Shown here piece by piece: positions 1-13,625 of a stretch of DNA of 64,000 nt. The position numbers and the translations under genes are program-made. The first letter of the stretch is position 1; each line of letters begins with the position of its first letter. The notes under the pieces were generated by a model. The model was not told where the DNA came from. It saw nothing but the letters and a program-made list of their open reading frames with translations, and did not search any database. Source of the stretch: the human T2T-CHM13v2.0 reference genome, Homo sapiens; the NCBI RefSeq assembly GCF_009914755.1, contig NC_060929.1; one strand, written 5' to 3'.

Positions 1-345
1 AAGCAGGCTGTGAGGGGAAAACAGAATTTCAGTTTTGGATATTTTGGATCTAAAATGCCTCTGAAACACTCAATGGAAGATATTGAAAAAGCGGTAGGAT
101 ATACAGGTCTGAGTTCCAGAGGACAAATATGGGCTGAATATACAAATTGGCGAGTCCTTAGTATATAAGTGATCATTGAAATCAGAGGCATGGGAAGTAT
201 AGTGTAAGGCAATAAAAAGGAGGACCACGCCTGAGGCATTGCCAACACTTAATGGTCAAATAGAAGTTAAAAGGGAGATAAAGAAGGAGAAGCCAGAGAT
301 GAAAGAGGAAAACTGGGAGATAGTTGCAATACTGAACCAAGGAAG
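1..345 (-). mobile_element. L2 LINE fragment
   Basis: ttcagttttggatattttg...aaattggcgagtcc resembles the reverse L2 ORF2 3' consensus. Confidence 0.7.
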
Positions 346-669
346 AGGTCCTGTGAGGACATGGTAGCAGGGAGAGACTATGTCCAAGTAGTAAGATTAG
401 GAATGAGTTTACTTCTTACCTAGAAGTTGGAAAAGATCTGCAATAAGGCATATTAAACTCCTGAGATTGGGATAACTTATCCAAAACTGTAACCCTAAGT
501 CAGTAAAGATGATCTTGGGATGTATCAGTCAAGAAGTCTACAGAATAATACTGTCCAAAAGAAACAGACATATGTTATAAATATAATATGGATGCAACAC
601 ATTTGTTTTAAGGATTACAAAAAGAAATTGATTTGGATAGAGTGCAGTATCATCTGACCTTAAGCAGCG

Positions 670-1043
670 AGTGGCAGAGAGTCAATGAAATTCATTCCTT
701 CTTCCCTGGGCCCATAGCTAGACCACATTTCTTTTGTATAGACATGTAGATGTAAGGTAAATGGAAGCAACATAAGCCACTTCTGGGCCTGCTCATAGGA
801 AACATCTCTGGGTTCCCTATTCACATACTGATGGGAGAGAAGTCTGAAGTTTGAGAGGAAAATGAAGCCACAGGTGCATAGGAAGAAACCCAGGTGTCTG
901 GGTGACCAGGTGGAAGGCAGCTGGTGAACCAGAAACATCAACTGACTTAGCATGAATGAGAGATAAACTTCAATTGTTTGAGCAACTGGGATTTGGGTAT
1001 TTATCTGTTACAACAGTTAGTATTAACTACTCTAACTGATACA
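670..1043 (+). mobile_element. Old MaLR LTR (MLT1J/I-like)
   Basis: MLT1-type 3' end: gagataaacttc...gggatttgggtatttatctgttacaacag...aactgataca. Confidence 0.65.
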
Positions 1044-2203
1044 CTGAAGCTGGCTACGTTGGAAGCAACTCAGAGGGGCAGCATTTATCTCACAGACCAT
1101 GATCACCTTTTATCTCTCATTGATTCACTAGTGAACCATATTTCTATGATACAGACAGAATGATCAAAACCAAATAGCAGTTAATTTGCTACGATGCATT
1201 TTCTTAAATCTGAATGGGTTAGAATAATTCAAGGTGGTTCTGTTTTCCTGTCAAACAGTATAATGTTTTCAAGTAAATTACAGTTAAGCCATGCCTTAAC
1301 AGAGGAGAAAAACAAAGTTCTATGTTATTTCTTTGATTGACAGTTTATTAAAAAGCAAACTCAAATTTTGTCATCAATATTGTGTTACAGTGATTTAAAT
1401 AGTAATTAAGCAAAATGTAGTTCTCTCAAATTGAAACAGAAAACTCCAGATTTTTAAAATATGTGCTTTTTGCTTAGAACAGCACTAAAATTTATTTAAA
1501 ATATGTGTTTTTATATAACAACATGCAAGTGCTCATATGACAGCTTGGCAGAGATGCCGAGGAATCTTTATAGAAAACCTGGTATGCATATTTCATATGC
1601 TTAATCATAACTTCTTCTTTAAGTCTTTGGAGGAGGAAACAAAGGGCCAACAATGGTATAATAATGGAACTTGAAAAGTTCTACAGGTAGAGAGAAGAGG
1701 CAGGAAAAAAGAAATGTCAAATGCATGAAAGTATTATTAACATGATTGAGAATTTCTCTGGGTTCTCAACATCTTTCAGGTTTAATTTCAGTATCTGATC
1801 AGTAATTTGATGACTGCAACTTAATTTTTAGCTCTCTCCCAGGTAGGACCAGCTACATGATGTAAGAGCCCATCTAGGTGTGGAACCCATGTGAATGTAT
1901 AGTTTGTATATCCATGAAGCTGGGCCTGCACTCATGTCACTCTCAAAACAACAACAAAAAATTTCAAAATACCATAGACCTGAGGCCAAGTTTCAAGTGT
2001 GATGAATGGAAATATTTGATTGCTGCTGTTAGAGTTTTTGTATTAACTGTAGCCATTAATCAATGTTGTCCTATAAAAACTCTATTGAAGTATAAGATCT
2101 TAGGTTTCCTGACTTTCTTTTTTATTGTGTCATATAGATAATCAAAATGTAGCTAGAACAGAAAGGTCTCTAAAGCAAAATGATGCAATATTCTTTTTGA
2201 CCT

Positions 2204-2562
2204 TGCTGCAGCCTGAATGTATTCCCCCAAAACTCATCTGCTGAAACCTAATCACCAATGTGATGATATTAGAAGGTAGGGCCTGGGGGGTGATTATATC
2301 ATGAAGGAGGAACCTTCATGAATGAAATTAGTGCCCTTATAAAAGAGGCCCCAGAGACCTGACTTGTCTCCTTCCACCATGTGAGGACACAGGTAGAATG
2401 CACCATCTATAAGCCAGAAAGTGGGCCCTCATCAGACACCAAATTTGCTGGTGCTTTGACCTTGGCCTTCCCAGCTTCCAGAACTGTGAGAAATAAATTT
2501 CTGATACTTATAACTACCTAGTCTATGGCATTTTGTTGTAGCAGCTCAAATGGACTTAGACA
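2204..2562 (+). mobile_element. MaLR solo LTR (MLT1A/MLT1A0-like)
   Basis: TG...CA ends, ccttataaaagagg TATA segment, cttccagaactgtgagaaataaatttctg. Confidence 0.85.
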
Positions 2563-3643
2563 GCTCTAAACTTAGACTGCACAAAACAGGATGGTGTGCA
2601 CTGCTGATTGAGATGGGTTCCTATTCTAGAGATTACCAAATATTGGCAAGCTTACAGTAGAAAAGTATCCTGGTGAGAAAAAAGTTACTGGAATTTCTCA
2701 GGCAAGTTCAAAGGACATATTTTTTCATGTGAGATGCCCAATCTGTCTCCATGGGCAGGAGAGGACACATTTCCTTGACAGTCTTTGTAGATGAGAGTGA
2801 TAAGAGAGATTAGATTTCTAAGACAGGGCTATGTCTATAAACAGAGACCATCCTTTTATTTGCTTTCCCATGAACTCAACTGATTCCACTGCACAAAGTC
2901 ATAGGCAGGATGGCAAGAGACTCTTAAAAACAGCTTTGTGGTATCTGCAAAAAGTAAAGGGTGATGACTTGCACTGTCACTGAACATCCACTGAGCCTCT
3001 AGACCAGCTTACTTGTCTTGGGGCTACTATCATGGGGAAAGAGTATTAGTAAAAGATGACACAGTGGTTTGGCTAAATAGAGTCAAGACACAGACCATCA
3101 CATTGAGCTTTAAATTTCAAAGATGTAAAAGATATGTCTGTGCCTATGGGTCCCAGGTTGGTGTTTTAATATTGTTAAGTTTGAAAACATTTACACTGAT
3201 ACACAGTTAAGACTTATATGACTTGTCTATGGAGCAATTCTAAAGTTGAAAACTATAAACAGGGTTTTCATTTTTATGACTATGTAAAGATTATTTTCTG
3301 CAAAGTGAAATAGTTAAGATTACATTTCCTTTTCTCTGATTCCTATGTCAGAATTAGTAGGCCACTCAGAGAAGGATGTTTCTAGCATCAATTTACACCC
3401 TCAAGGTTTTCCAAAACCTCATTCACACTCTCTAATCTATTAATATACTCTTTCCAAGAGATTTTCCTAAATATATTTTATCTATTTTCTTTCATTTAAT
3501 GTTTTCATTAAATAAACTTTGTTTTGCTTTGTTTTCGCTTCTGTTGAAGTGATGGTAAATACCTGGCTTCATGCCACGTATTCTAGTATGGGGCTGCGAA
3601 CAGATGTGGTAAGTAGAGAAGGATAAAGCTGGGCCCTCTACAT

Positions 3644-4127
3644 TGTGTTAGACCCACAAATGCTCAAGATTTATACCTTCCCTGTATCCACCCTTTTGCA
3701 ATGTGACTTTGTAGTTCTTCTCATCAACAAATAACAGTCTGTTGCGATATCCTTTGAATCTGGACTGGTCTTATAACCTAGTCAAGCAATGCAAGAATGA
3801 AGTTAATGTGTGCCAATTCTAAACCTAGACTTTAAGAGATCTTGCGTTTATATTATTTCTCTTATAATCCTGCTCCTCTACTAAGTGACAATCCCAAACT
3901 AGTCTGATGAGATTTGCAAGGCCTAGTGGCCCCTATCTTGCTAACTGACACCCAACCAACCTGCAGAAGCAGAGCTGATCAACTGATTGGTTGAGCAAAG
4001 ACACAGGAATATGCCCATATAAGCCCAGCCAAAATGGCTGACTAGGCAGAATAGTAAACTAAATAAATGGTTGTTTTAAGCCATTATGATTTAAAGTGGC
4101 TCATTGGGCAGCAAAAACTAGTGCACA
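3644..4127 (+). mobile_element. MaLR solo LTR (MLT1G-like)
   Basis: ccctgtatccacccttttgcaatgtgactttg start and aataaatggttgttttaagcca end. Confidence 0.7.
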
Positions 4128-5067
4128 TGCTCTTGATCAAAATGCTGATTACATCTATGTTTCTCATTTCAATGTCCATCAGCATTGGCTTATCTGAAAC
4201 TGGAGCCTTGTTAGCTTCTGCCATGTTATTAGGGCTTCTTATTGGGTGTAGCTCCCTCTACAAATATTCTCTGCAATAATTGACTTTGTTTTGCTTCAGT
4301 AATCAACACCACTCACTCATATTTCATCTTCCAGAAATTCGATAAAATCTCTTACCACTGATGGCCTTTTCCCCATTCTCTTTATTGTTGTGCATTATAC
4401 AGATTTAGTTTTTCTACTATTTTAATGGGTATTAGGAAAAGTAAAGGAAAACAAAAACCATGTGTTCTGTCAACATCTTGAACTAAGTTAATGAGTATTT
4501 ATTGAGCACCTATTGCATGTAGGCTATATAAAATATTAGAAACAACATTTGTTTATAAATAATGTTAAAAAGCATTCATTTTAGAAAAGCATTCTTCCTA
4601 AATTTCATACTCAGGAAAATTTGTTAGTGTAATCCCTGTATATTTTAGAAATTAATTTAACTGTTTTTATTTAAAAATTGTTTTCACACTTTTATTGCAT
4701 ATTCATTTATGTATTACCGTATTCCAGAAAGAATTTACATGTTGGTTTTTGAACTAATCTAGACAACTTCTTCCCTCATTGTTAACGAATGGTAAATTTA
4801 ACTATAATTATATTTCAGTAAAAAATAATAGAATCAGTATATTGTAAATACCCAATTATTTGGTGTAAGTAGTGATTAAAGAAAACCAGACAATCATACT
4901 CAGTCATTCATGCATTAGATACTTTGTATTGACAATACACAAGATACTTTCTGGTAAAATAGATGAGGACATGGTTAAAAGAGCATATTTTTATTCATAA
5001 TATAAATATTATCAAAGGCACAAATTTTAGTATTGGACAGTTCACTATGGTTACATTTAAAATATTA

Positions 5068-5199
<132 letters not shown>

Positions 5200-5409
5200 T
5201 CAAGTAAATTTTGTGTTCATTGTGAATAAATGCATGACATGGGTAAAGGCACTTTCAGGCATATCCCTGTTGTCTAAATGAAATAGGAAATTACTATACA
5301 CTCTGTTCCAAACCATAGTGTAGTCCATTGCCTCTCTCTTCAGGTTGTGTTCCACTTCCACCAGATGAAGAGCTAAATAATAAAAGCTCATGTTTCCACA
5401 TAAAAAGGC

Positions 5410-5530
5410 ATCAAAGTCCAATTTCTGGCTCTGCTATAAACTGTGTAACCTGGAGTAAGTCACCTAACTTCTTTGAGTTCTCAGTGTCCTCATATCTATC
5501 AAATAAAGAGGATGAACAAGGTGATCTCTA
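5410..5530 (+). mobile_element. MIR
   Basis: MIR core ggctctgcta...tgtgtaacctgg...aagtcacctaac...ctcagtgtcctca. Confidence 0.7.
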
Positions 5531-5644
5531 ATTCTCTCACCAATCTCTCTCCTACATTATTATCAAAATATTCTCCAATTATAGGCTTTGGAGACACCTA
5601 GATATGGGTTAGAGTTCATACTCTGCCACTTATTGCCGTCAACT

Positions 5645-5800
5645 TATTTATTTATTTATTATTAATTTTTTTTAGACGGGGTCTCGTTCTGTTGTCCAGA
5701 CTGGAGTGCAGTGGTGTGATCTTGGCTCATTCCAAACTCTGCCTCCTGGGTTCAAGTGATTCTCCTGCCTCAGCCTCCTGAGTAGCTGGGATTGCAGGCT
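5645..5800 (-). mobile_element. Alu right arm inserted in a MIR
   Basis: (TTTA)n tail then agacggggtctcg...gtagctgggattgcagg. Flanking gtcaactt duplication at 5638 and 5804. Confidence 0.9.
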
Positions 5801-6540
5801 ATAGTCAACTTCTAACAAATATCAAAACCTAAATTGTATTATCTATGACACAGAGATAACCTGACGTAACTATCATGAAAAAAAAGACACAATGCAAAAA
5901 TTGCTCCTAACCCAGTGCATAAAACACAGCAAGCACTCAGTAGATGCTAGCTAATATTAATTAGTGTTATACTACAACATCCTCAATATTTTTCTAGATG
6001 CTAACTGGACGTTTCCATTAACAGGTAGATCACTACTTTGTGAGAAAATCCTTTCATTCTAGGACATCTTAATTATTAAGGCTTTACATACACATAATAC
6101 ATATACTTAAAATGAGCTTAAATCTGACTCCTTGTAACTATATACTCTACCATTTAGTAGTTTTTAACCTGGAGTCCACAAAGAATTCAGGAGATTGGTA
6201 AACTTGTATGACAAGTTTACATCTGTATTTTTACTAACTTGTAACTGAAAAATACCATTTTCTTCAATTATGAATATAGTTACCAAACCACTGTAGTTTG
6301 TGACTTTGTTGCCAGTAAAAATCATAGATACCTTCTTATCTCATTAGACTTCTTGCAAGCACTTCAAAATTAAGTATGTTAGATATGTGATCTGCTGGAT
6401 CTTATGATTTAATACATTAATAAAGATGCACATATATAACTATACCAAATTTTTATTTTAATATTTGTATAATTTGTTTTAATACAACTGGTTTCATTTT
6501 TAATTCTACAATTTTATTTTGTGCTTATAAACATTATACA

Positions 6541-6858
6541 GGCTGAGTGTGGTACCTCCTGCCTGTAATCCCAGCACTTTAGGAGGCCAAGGCAGGAGGA
6601 TCACTTGAGGCCAGGAGTTTGAGACCTACCTAAGTGACATCTCTTTTGTAGAGACCCCATCTCCACAAAAACAAAATTTTAAATGATCCAGGTGGTGGCC
6701 CACACATGTGGTCCTAACTACTAGGGAGGCTGAGACAGGAGGATCGCTTGAGACTGCGAGTTTAAGGCTGCACTGAGCTACAATCACACCACTACAGTCC
6801 AGCCTGGGTGATATAGCAGACCCTGTCTCCAAAAACAAACTAAAAACAACAAAAAACT
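6541..6858 (+). mobile_element. AluJ-type element
   Basis: Full dimer with J-type ggaggatcacttgaggccagg. Flanking attataca duplication. Confidence 0.9.
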
Positions 6859-6864
6859 ATTATA

Positions 6865-7195
6865 CAGTTGTCCCACAGTATTCGTGGGAGATTACTTCCA
6901 GGACCTCTGGCAGACGCCAAAATCCATGGATGCTCAAGCCCCTGATAGGAAATGGCATAGTGTTTGCCTATAACCCATTCACATCCTCTCATATATTTTA
7001 AATCATCTCTAGATTTGTTGTAATGCCTAGTATAACGTAAATGTTATGTAAGTAATTGTTATAATGTATTGCTTAGGAAATAATGACAAGAAAAAAACAT
7101 CCGTAAATGTCCAGTGCAAACTTTTTTCTTAAGTTTTTGATCCATGGTTAGTTAAATCCCAGGATGCAGAACCCATGGGTACAGAGGGCCAAGTG
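6865..7195 (+). mobile_element. MER2 (TcMar-Tigger MITE)
   Basis: TA-cagttgtccc...gagggccaagtg-TA, with MER2 core gatgctcaagcccctgataggaaatggcatag. Confidence 0.85.
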
Positions 7196-7365
7196 TACTG
7201 AGAAGGCATTCATAGGTGTACCCTTCTTACTGAAAGGATTCAGGATTTACACCCACTCCATACACACACATAGAAGATTAGTAAACTCTGCTCTGAAGTA
7301 AGCTCACATAATTCTACTCCTCCTCCCTGACGAAACTCTTAACCACTGAAAAACAAATAAGACCT

Positions 7366-7694
7366 TGGAATGCTCTAAATGTTTGTGTCCCTTCAAAATG
7401 TATATTCTAAGACCTAATCACTAATGTGATAATATTTTGAGATGGGGCACTTGAGATGTCATTAGTGGCCCTATAAAAGAGGTCCAAGAGAGACCCTTCG
7501 CCCCTTTAACCATGTAGACACAACTATAAGGTGCCAACTATGAACCAGAAAGCACACCCTCACCAGACATCAAATCTTCTGGCACCTTGATCTTGGACTT
7601 CCCAGCCTCCATAACTTTGGGAGATAAATTTCTATTGTTCGTAAGCTACTGAGTGTATGCTATTTTGTTATAACAGCCAGAATGGATAAAGTCA
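7366..7694 (+). mobile_element. MaLR solo LTR (MLT1A-like)
   Basis: aatgtttgtgtccc...gccctataaaagagg...ttggacttcccagcctcc...ttttgttataacagcc. Confidence 0.8.
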
Positions 7695-8641
7695 GATCTA
7701 ATTGCCAGATGTCTTTCTTTTCTTTCTGCCTCTACTTAACATCTCTAGTTGTGCATGCCTACAGGCATATCTCATGGAAGACTAACGTGCAAGATGAGCT
7801 ATGAAAAAAAGTAGTCTATCGTTCAAAAATGGGGGAAGGGAAAAGGAAAAACCATCGAATACCAGAAGCAGTAACAGGAAGGGTAAAAAAAGAAGGTAGC
7901 TGGATGGAGAAGCAAAGTTAAAATGATTTTTATCAGACAGAGCAAATGCATTTGTAGAAAGAAGTTAGGAGCCACTGGAGAAGAAAATAATCAAAATAGA
8001 GAGAAGTGATGAAGAGAGGACCATAGTGCTGGAAGAAAGGTCAGGGGATGAAAGTAAAAAGTAAATAGCTATAGAGGAGTGCATATCCTTTCAGGACACT
8101 AAGGTGGGACATTTCTCTTCAGGCTTCCTTAATGGCCTCCTGTCTTGGACAGCTGCAATGCATATTGGTATATTAAAGACCATGAAAAGTACTGCTCAAA
8201 AGACACCTTTTGCTTAACAACTCATCCTTTCCAAGCTTCTTTGACAATAGACCTTCCCTTCTCATAATAATCATTAATGTTCTAAGAGCTACTGCTCTGA
8301 AGAACACACTCTGGGAAACTTGTAATTTTTCATTGTACAGGATATTCCATAGGTGGTCTGACAATTGTTTGAGCACAATGAACTACTGCTACCTTTCTTG
8401 TCTGAGCAATAATATTTCAATTAATGTTGATTTTCTTTCCCTCAAGAAAGATTCAATTTAGAAGATTTTTAGATAGACTTATCACATATTTGATACAGTA
8501 CTTGCAATTAACTACCATTTTTATGAGAATGAGGTCTTTCTGTACTTGCGCTACTGCTTTTTAAAATTTTTTTCTTAAAGCCTAAATAAGAAATTAACCT
8601 TTCTTTCCTGTTAGATTGTGTCTTGTTATTTCTGGACTATC

Positions 8642-8910
8642 TTTTTTTTTTTAATTTTTGAGATGAAGTCTTGCTCTGTTGTCCAGGCTGGAGTGCACTG
8701 GCATGATCTCAGCTCACTGCAACCTCTTCCTTCCAGGTACAAGTAATTTCTGCCTCAGCCTCCCAAGTAGCTGGGATTACAGGTGTCTGCCACCATGCCC
8801 AGCTAATTTTTGTATTTTTAGTGGAGTCAAGGTTCCACTATATTGGCCAGGCTAGTCTCGAACTCCTGACCTCAAGTGATCCACCCTCCTTGGCCTACCA
8901 AAGTGCTGGG
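8642..8910 (-). mobile_element. AluS-type element
   Basis: Poly-T then gagatgaagtcttgctctg...cctgacctcaagtgatcc...aaagtgctggg. Confidence 0.92.
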
Positions 8911-9120
8911 TATCATGTTATTTTTAAACCATAGCATTGTCACACATTCCTTTTTTATTATATCTGCTCGATTCAGTCTGACAAAGACTACTATTAGGTA
9001 TCCACCCAATATCCATTCTTTTCTTATTCCTTGCTAAACAAAAACACCTATGTTATTGGGGCTGGGAGTGTGCTCAGTTAATATAAATTTTTTTCAGATT
9101 AACTTGCATCTAGACAAGTT

Positions 9121-10578
9121 CTTTTCTTCTTACTTTACAACTTTAAGTTCATGGGTACATGTGCGGGATGTGCAGGTTTGTTACATAGGTAAATTGTGCC
9201 ATGGTGGTTTGCTGCATAGATCATCCCATTACCCAGGTATTAAGCCCAGCATCCATTGGCTATTCTCTTGATCCTCTCCCTCCTCTCACCCTCCTACCCT
9301 CCGAAAGGCCCCAGTGTGTATTGTTTCCCCACTCCCAATGTGTCCATGTGTTCTGATCATCACTTATAAGTGAGAACATGTGGTATTTGGTTTTCTGTTC
9401 CTACATTAATTTGCTAAGGATAGTGGCCTCCAGCCCTATCTATGTTCCCACAAAAGACAGGATCTCATTCTTTATTTATGGCTGCATAATTCCATGGTGT
9501 ATATGTACCACATTTTCTTTACCAAATCTGTCATTGATAGGCATTTAGATGTCTTTGCTATTGCGAACAGTGCTGCAATGAACATACACGTGCATGTGTC
9601 TTTATGACAGAATGATTTATATTCCTTTGGGTATATACCCAGTAATGGGACTTCTGGGTTAAATGATATTTCTGCCTCTAGGTCTTTAAGGAATTGCCAC
9701 ACTGTCTTCCACAATAGTTGAACTAATTTACACTTTCACCAACAGAGTAAAAGCATTCGTTTTTCTCCATAAGCAGCATCTGTTGTTTTTTGACTTCTTA
9801 ATCACAGCCATTCTGACTGGTGTGAGATGGTATCTCATTGTGGTTTTGATTTGGGTTTCTCTAAAGATCAGTGATTTTTTTTTTCATATGTTTGTTGGCC
9901 ACATGAATGTCTTCTTTTGAGAAGTGTCTGTTCATGTATTTTGCCCACTTTTTAATGGGGTTTTATTTTTCTTGTAAATTTATTTAAGTTCCTTATAAAT
10001 GCTGTATATTAGACCTTTGTCAGCTGGATAGATTGCAACAATTTTCTGCCATTCTGTAGGCTGTTTACTCTGTTAATATTTTCTTTTCCTGTGCAGAAGC
10101 TCTTTAGTTTAATTAGATCCCATTTGTCAATTTTTGCTTTTTTTTGCAATTGCTTTTGTCATTTTTGTCATGAAATCTTTGCCTGTGCCTATGTCCTGAA
10201 TGGTATTGCCCAGATTTTCTTCCAGGATTTTTAGAGTTTTGGTTTTTATATTGAATTCTTTAATCTACCTTGAGTTTATTTTTGTATATGGTGTAAGGAA
10301 GGGGTCCAGTTTCAGTTTTCTGCATATGGCTAGCCCGTTGTCCCAGCACCATTTATTGAATAGGGAATGATTTCCCTATTGCTTGTTTTTATCAGGTTTG
10401 TCAAAGAACAGATGGTTGTGGGTATGCAGTCTTGTTTCTGGGTTCTCTATTCTTTTTCTTTGGTCTATGTGTTTGTTCTTGTACCAGTAACATGCTGTTT
10501 TGGTTACTGTATTCCTGTAGCATGTAGTTTGAAGTTGGGTAGCATGATGCCTCTAGCTTTGTTCTTTTTGCTTAGCAT
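9121..10578 (-). mobile_element. 5'-truncated L1PA (about L1PA8-10) 3' end
   Basis: L1PA 3'UTR (gggtacatgtgcgggatgtgcaggtttgttacatagg). ORF 9472-9714 is a degenerate ORF2 C-terminus (MWKTVWQFLKDL...). Confidence 0.92.
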
Positions 10579-13500
10579 TTCTTTTAACTTTAAATATTTT
10601 TCAGGAGTTGATCAGCATCACTCTGTTTTGATGCAACCCCTTGTTAAAATATTGGGCAGAACACAGCCAAAGGAAGAATGCTGTGGCATATCAATGCTTT
10701 GGAGTAGGTTTATTCAATCAATCTTCTATCTATATAATTTCACTGAACTATTTACCAAGATTTTCCACAACACTTAGATTGCTAGTAGCCCTGTAATTCC
10801 AAATATATTATTTCCATGGTTTTTATTTTTCCCTTTTTTTTGAATCTGGAAATGTCTTTCATTATTGTAAAGAATAATTTTCCTGCTGCTAACACTGAGG
10901 CAGACTGAAACATACATAGAAGTTTAAATCATTGCTTATGTTATTCTTTGAATTATATATGTTCTCACTGAACTTAAGTGTGTGTGTGTTCTCAAAGATG
11001 ATATTTCTGAAGTGCCTACAAATGTGAACCAAACTTCACTAAACCATGCTATGTGACTTCTGTGGCCACTATTAAAAAGCCACAGTCATTAATATCAGTA
11101 TAAATGGTAAATATATATACTGATATATAACTACTATAAATAATTGCCTCCAATTATTAGTCATAATTGCAATATTGGTATCTACATTCACATTGTTTAT
11201 AATCAATGAAATAAAATTGCGTTCAGGATAGTGAAATTGTGTCATAAAGGGCTGTTTGGTTTTTTGGGTTTTTTTTGTTTTTAGCTGAAAGCAGGATTAT
11301 ATTTTAACTCAGTAATCCCATTTTTGGAAATTAGCAATCTCTCCATCCTGGTACAACTCTGCTCACTCCAGTACTCACAGTGAGATCTCGGAAGCTAGGA
11401 TGGTTCTAAGATCCCTGAAGGTAGAATTTTAAAATTCCAAAATGATGAAGTTGCTGCTGTACACTGCTACAGTTGCTTCCTAATGTTTGGCTCCTTAAGT
11501 AGGAAATACAGTTCACCGCTAAGCCAAAGCGGTTCCTAAATAGACTAATTCATTCACAATAATGGAAGCTTAGGTTCATTACATGAAGGATTAGTTACAA
11601 AATGGCAATGCTACACTCATCAGGTTTTTCTCAAGATCTATAAAGAAAGCAATGAACAAATGATTAACTGTAACTTATAACTCTTTTAATGTGCATATTC
11701 CAAGTTCATAATAGGAGGCATTATATGTTAATCATATACAGTAGTTTCAATGAAAATCCCTTAAAACTATTCTCAAGGGATATAATGCAGTCAGGTAAGT
11801 TTAAACCTATAAAAGGACCACTGCCATTGACTTCTACAAAATTTGAGTGTCAAACTTACTGCTATCAAAGATATGTAATGCCACAGAATACAAAAGCCAA
11901 CGAGAGAATAACTCAATATATAACCCAATAATAATGCATGTAAGCATGTGAGCAATAGAGGAAAAGGAAGGGAAAAATAGGCTACTCGTTGGAAACATAT
12001 ATAGTATCTAGGTTCAGATAGGTCTGTTTTTCTCAAACTATAAGATACTGAGTAGTCTAAGAAGAAAAATTACCAACAACATTGTTTCTTATAAAATATA
12101 TTTAATATATTTAAACACACATCTATAATTGTTATTATGCAAGAATCCACATTGAAATAATTGCAAAACAAGTGATTGGGTGTATCATGAATGCATGAAG
12201 TAGAATTAAATGTCAAAGCTTCATATAAATATTAATTTTAATGTCAATGCTAAATATCTATTAGTAGTATTTACCAACTAATTTTACTGGTATACACTGC
12301 CTCTTAATCATCACTGCTCCATGTTATGCAACTTGTCATCATTTCATCCATTTTTGTCTTTTTTATGTACTTAATAAAAATAAAATGACTTAATCTATTT
12401 AATTTGTATTATTGTTTTGGTCCTGTAATTAAGTTAGAATATGAATGAATTTTTTAATCATTTCTTGAAGCAATTAATTGTTGCAGACCATTTTTTTGTA
12501 TTCTTTAATCAAAGTGCATATTATATCCATGAACTATCGTATATGTTCTACCAATATATAATTATTTAAAAAGTATTCCATGGTCAAATAAATTTGGGAA
12601 ATGTGTATTTCAAAAAATTTTCTAGTAATTTCTATAATTACATGGTATATTTCAGAATGGTGATGGAATAATTGAATTATAGAATTTGCAAGCTAGGTGG
12701 AACTTGGGTATAGTCTCCTCACTTAAGGGTAAAAGTGAAGCCAGGAGAAATGAGATGACTAGGACTCAGTTTTCTGGTTTCTAATTCTGTGCTCTTCTAC
12801 CTGGCTCTTTATATCCTGATATCACAAACATTTAAAAGAAAGAAAGAGAGAGAAAAGGAGGAAGGAATAAAAGGAGAAAAAAAAAAAAGAAAGAAATTGT
12901 ATCCACCAAGAATAAAAATGTTGCCCAGTAGTACTGTTGTGGAATTGAAAGATTAGATGAAATGTGTTTGCTACTCAGCCAAAGTATTTAACGCATCATG
13001 AAATTCCATAAATAATCAGTTATACAGAAGAGACATTAAGGACTATGAAATGTACCCTAGAGGTAAACTGTAGAACCTAACAAAGAATGGATAATGGGTC
13101 CTCAGCACAGATTAGTGACCCAGCTTAAGCAAAAGCAAATTAAGGCTGAATTTCGAGAATAGTTTAAAAATTAATTAACTCTCACACTTAGGAGATTGTT
13201 TGAATGTATAAAACTCACTCATGTGGGCTTAGGCCTTTATTAAACCTTTATTAAAAGGTTATAGGACTATTTTATAGACGCCAAAGCTAGGAAGGCAACT
13301 AAGCCCCTTGCGGGATTAGAACCCATCTAGAAAGCTACCAAGAATGAAGACAATTATAATTATCAGCTCTTTTTTCGTGGAGTTCATAGATTCTCATCGT
13401 GTGTCTCTTTGGATATCAGTTTCATACTCTTTTTTATAGGAAAATTGGCCCCCCTATTTCAAGCTCCAGTAAAGAGAGACTGGAATCAATGTGCCCCAAA

Positions 13501-13615
13501 TCAAAATTCCTCAGAGACAACCTGTTCTTCCATCTTGGGGGTGGGTGACAGAAAGCAATGTAGTGGCAGGACCTTCTGCCCCTTCCACAGCAATTACGAA
13601 AGTAGGCTGTCTTGA

Positions 13616-13625
13616 ATGACGTCAT
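13616..13625. promoter_or_regulatory. Perfect palindromic CRE (ATGACGTCAT)
   Basis: Exact CREB/ATF/CREM consensus in unique sequence. Function is not shown by the sequence. Confidence 0.5.

Larger units (their letters stand above)
6156..7290. mobile_element. hAT-Charlie fossil (Charlie4a-like) interrupted by AluJ and MER2
   Basis: agtagtttttaacctggagtcca... runs to 6540 and resumes ctgagaaggcattcatagg...agtaaactctg at 7198-7290. Confidence 0.7.

Noticed and set aside
1520-1590. Possible short exon (ATGCCGAGG...CCTG/gtatgc)
   Set aside because: No good acceptor, antisense to PDE4D and an unrecognisable peptide.
1825-1850. ctctctcccAG|GTAGGA recursive-site-like motif
   Set aside because: It is on the + strand, antisense to PDE4D, and no + strand host transcript is supported.
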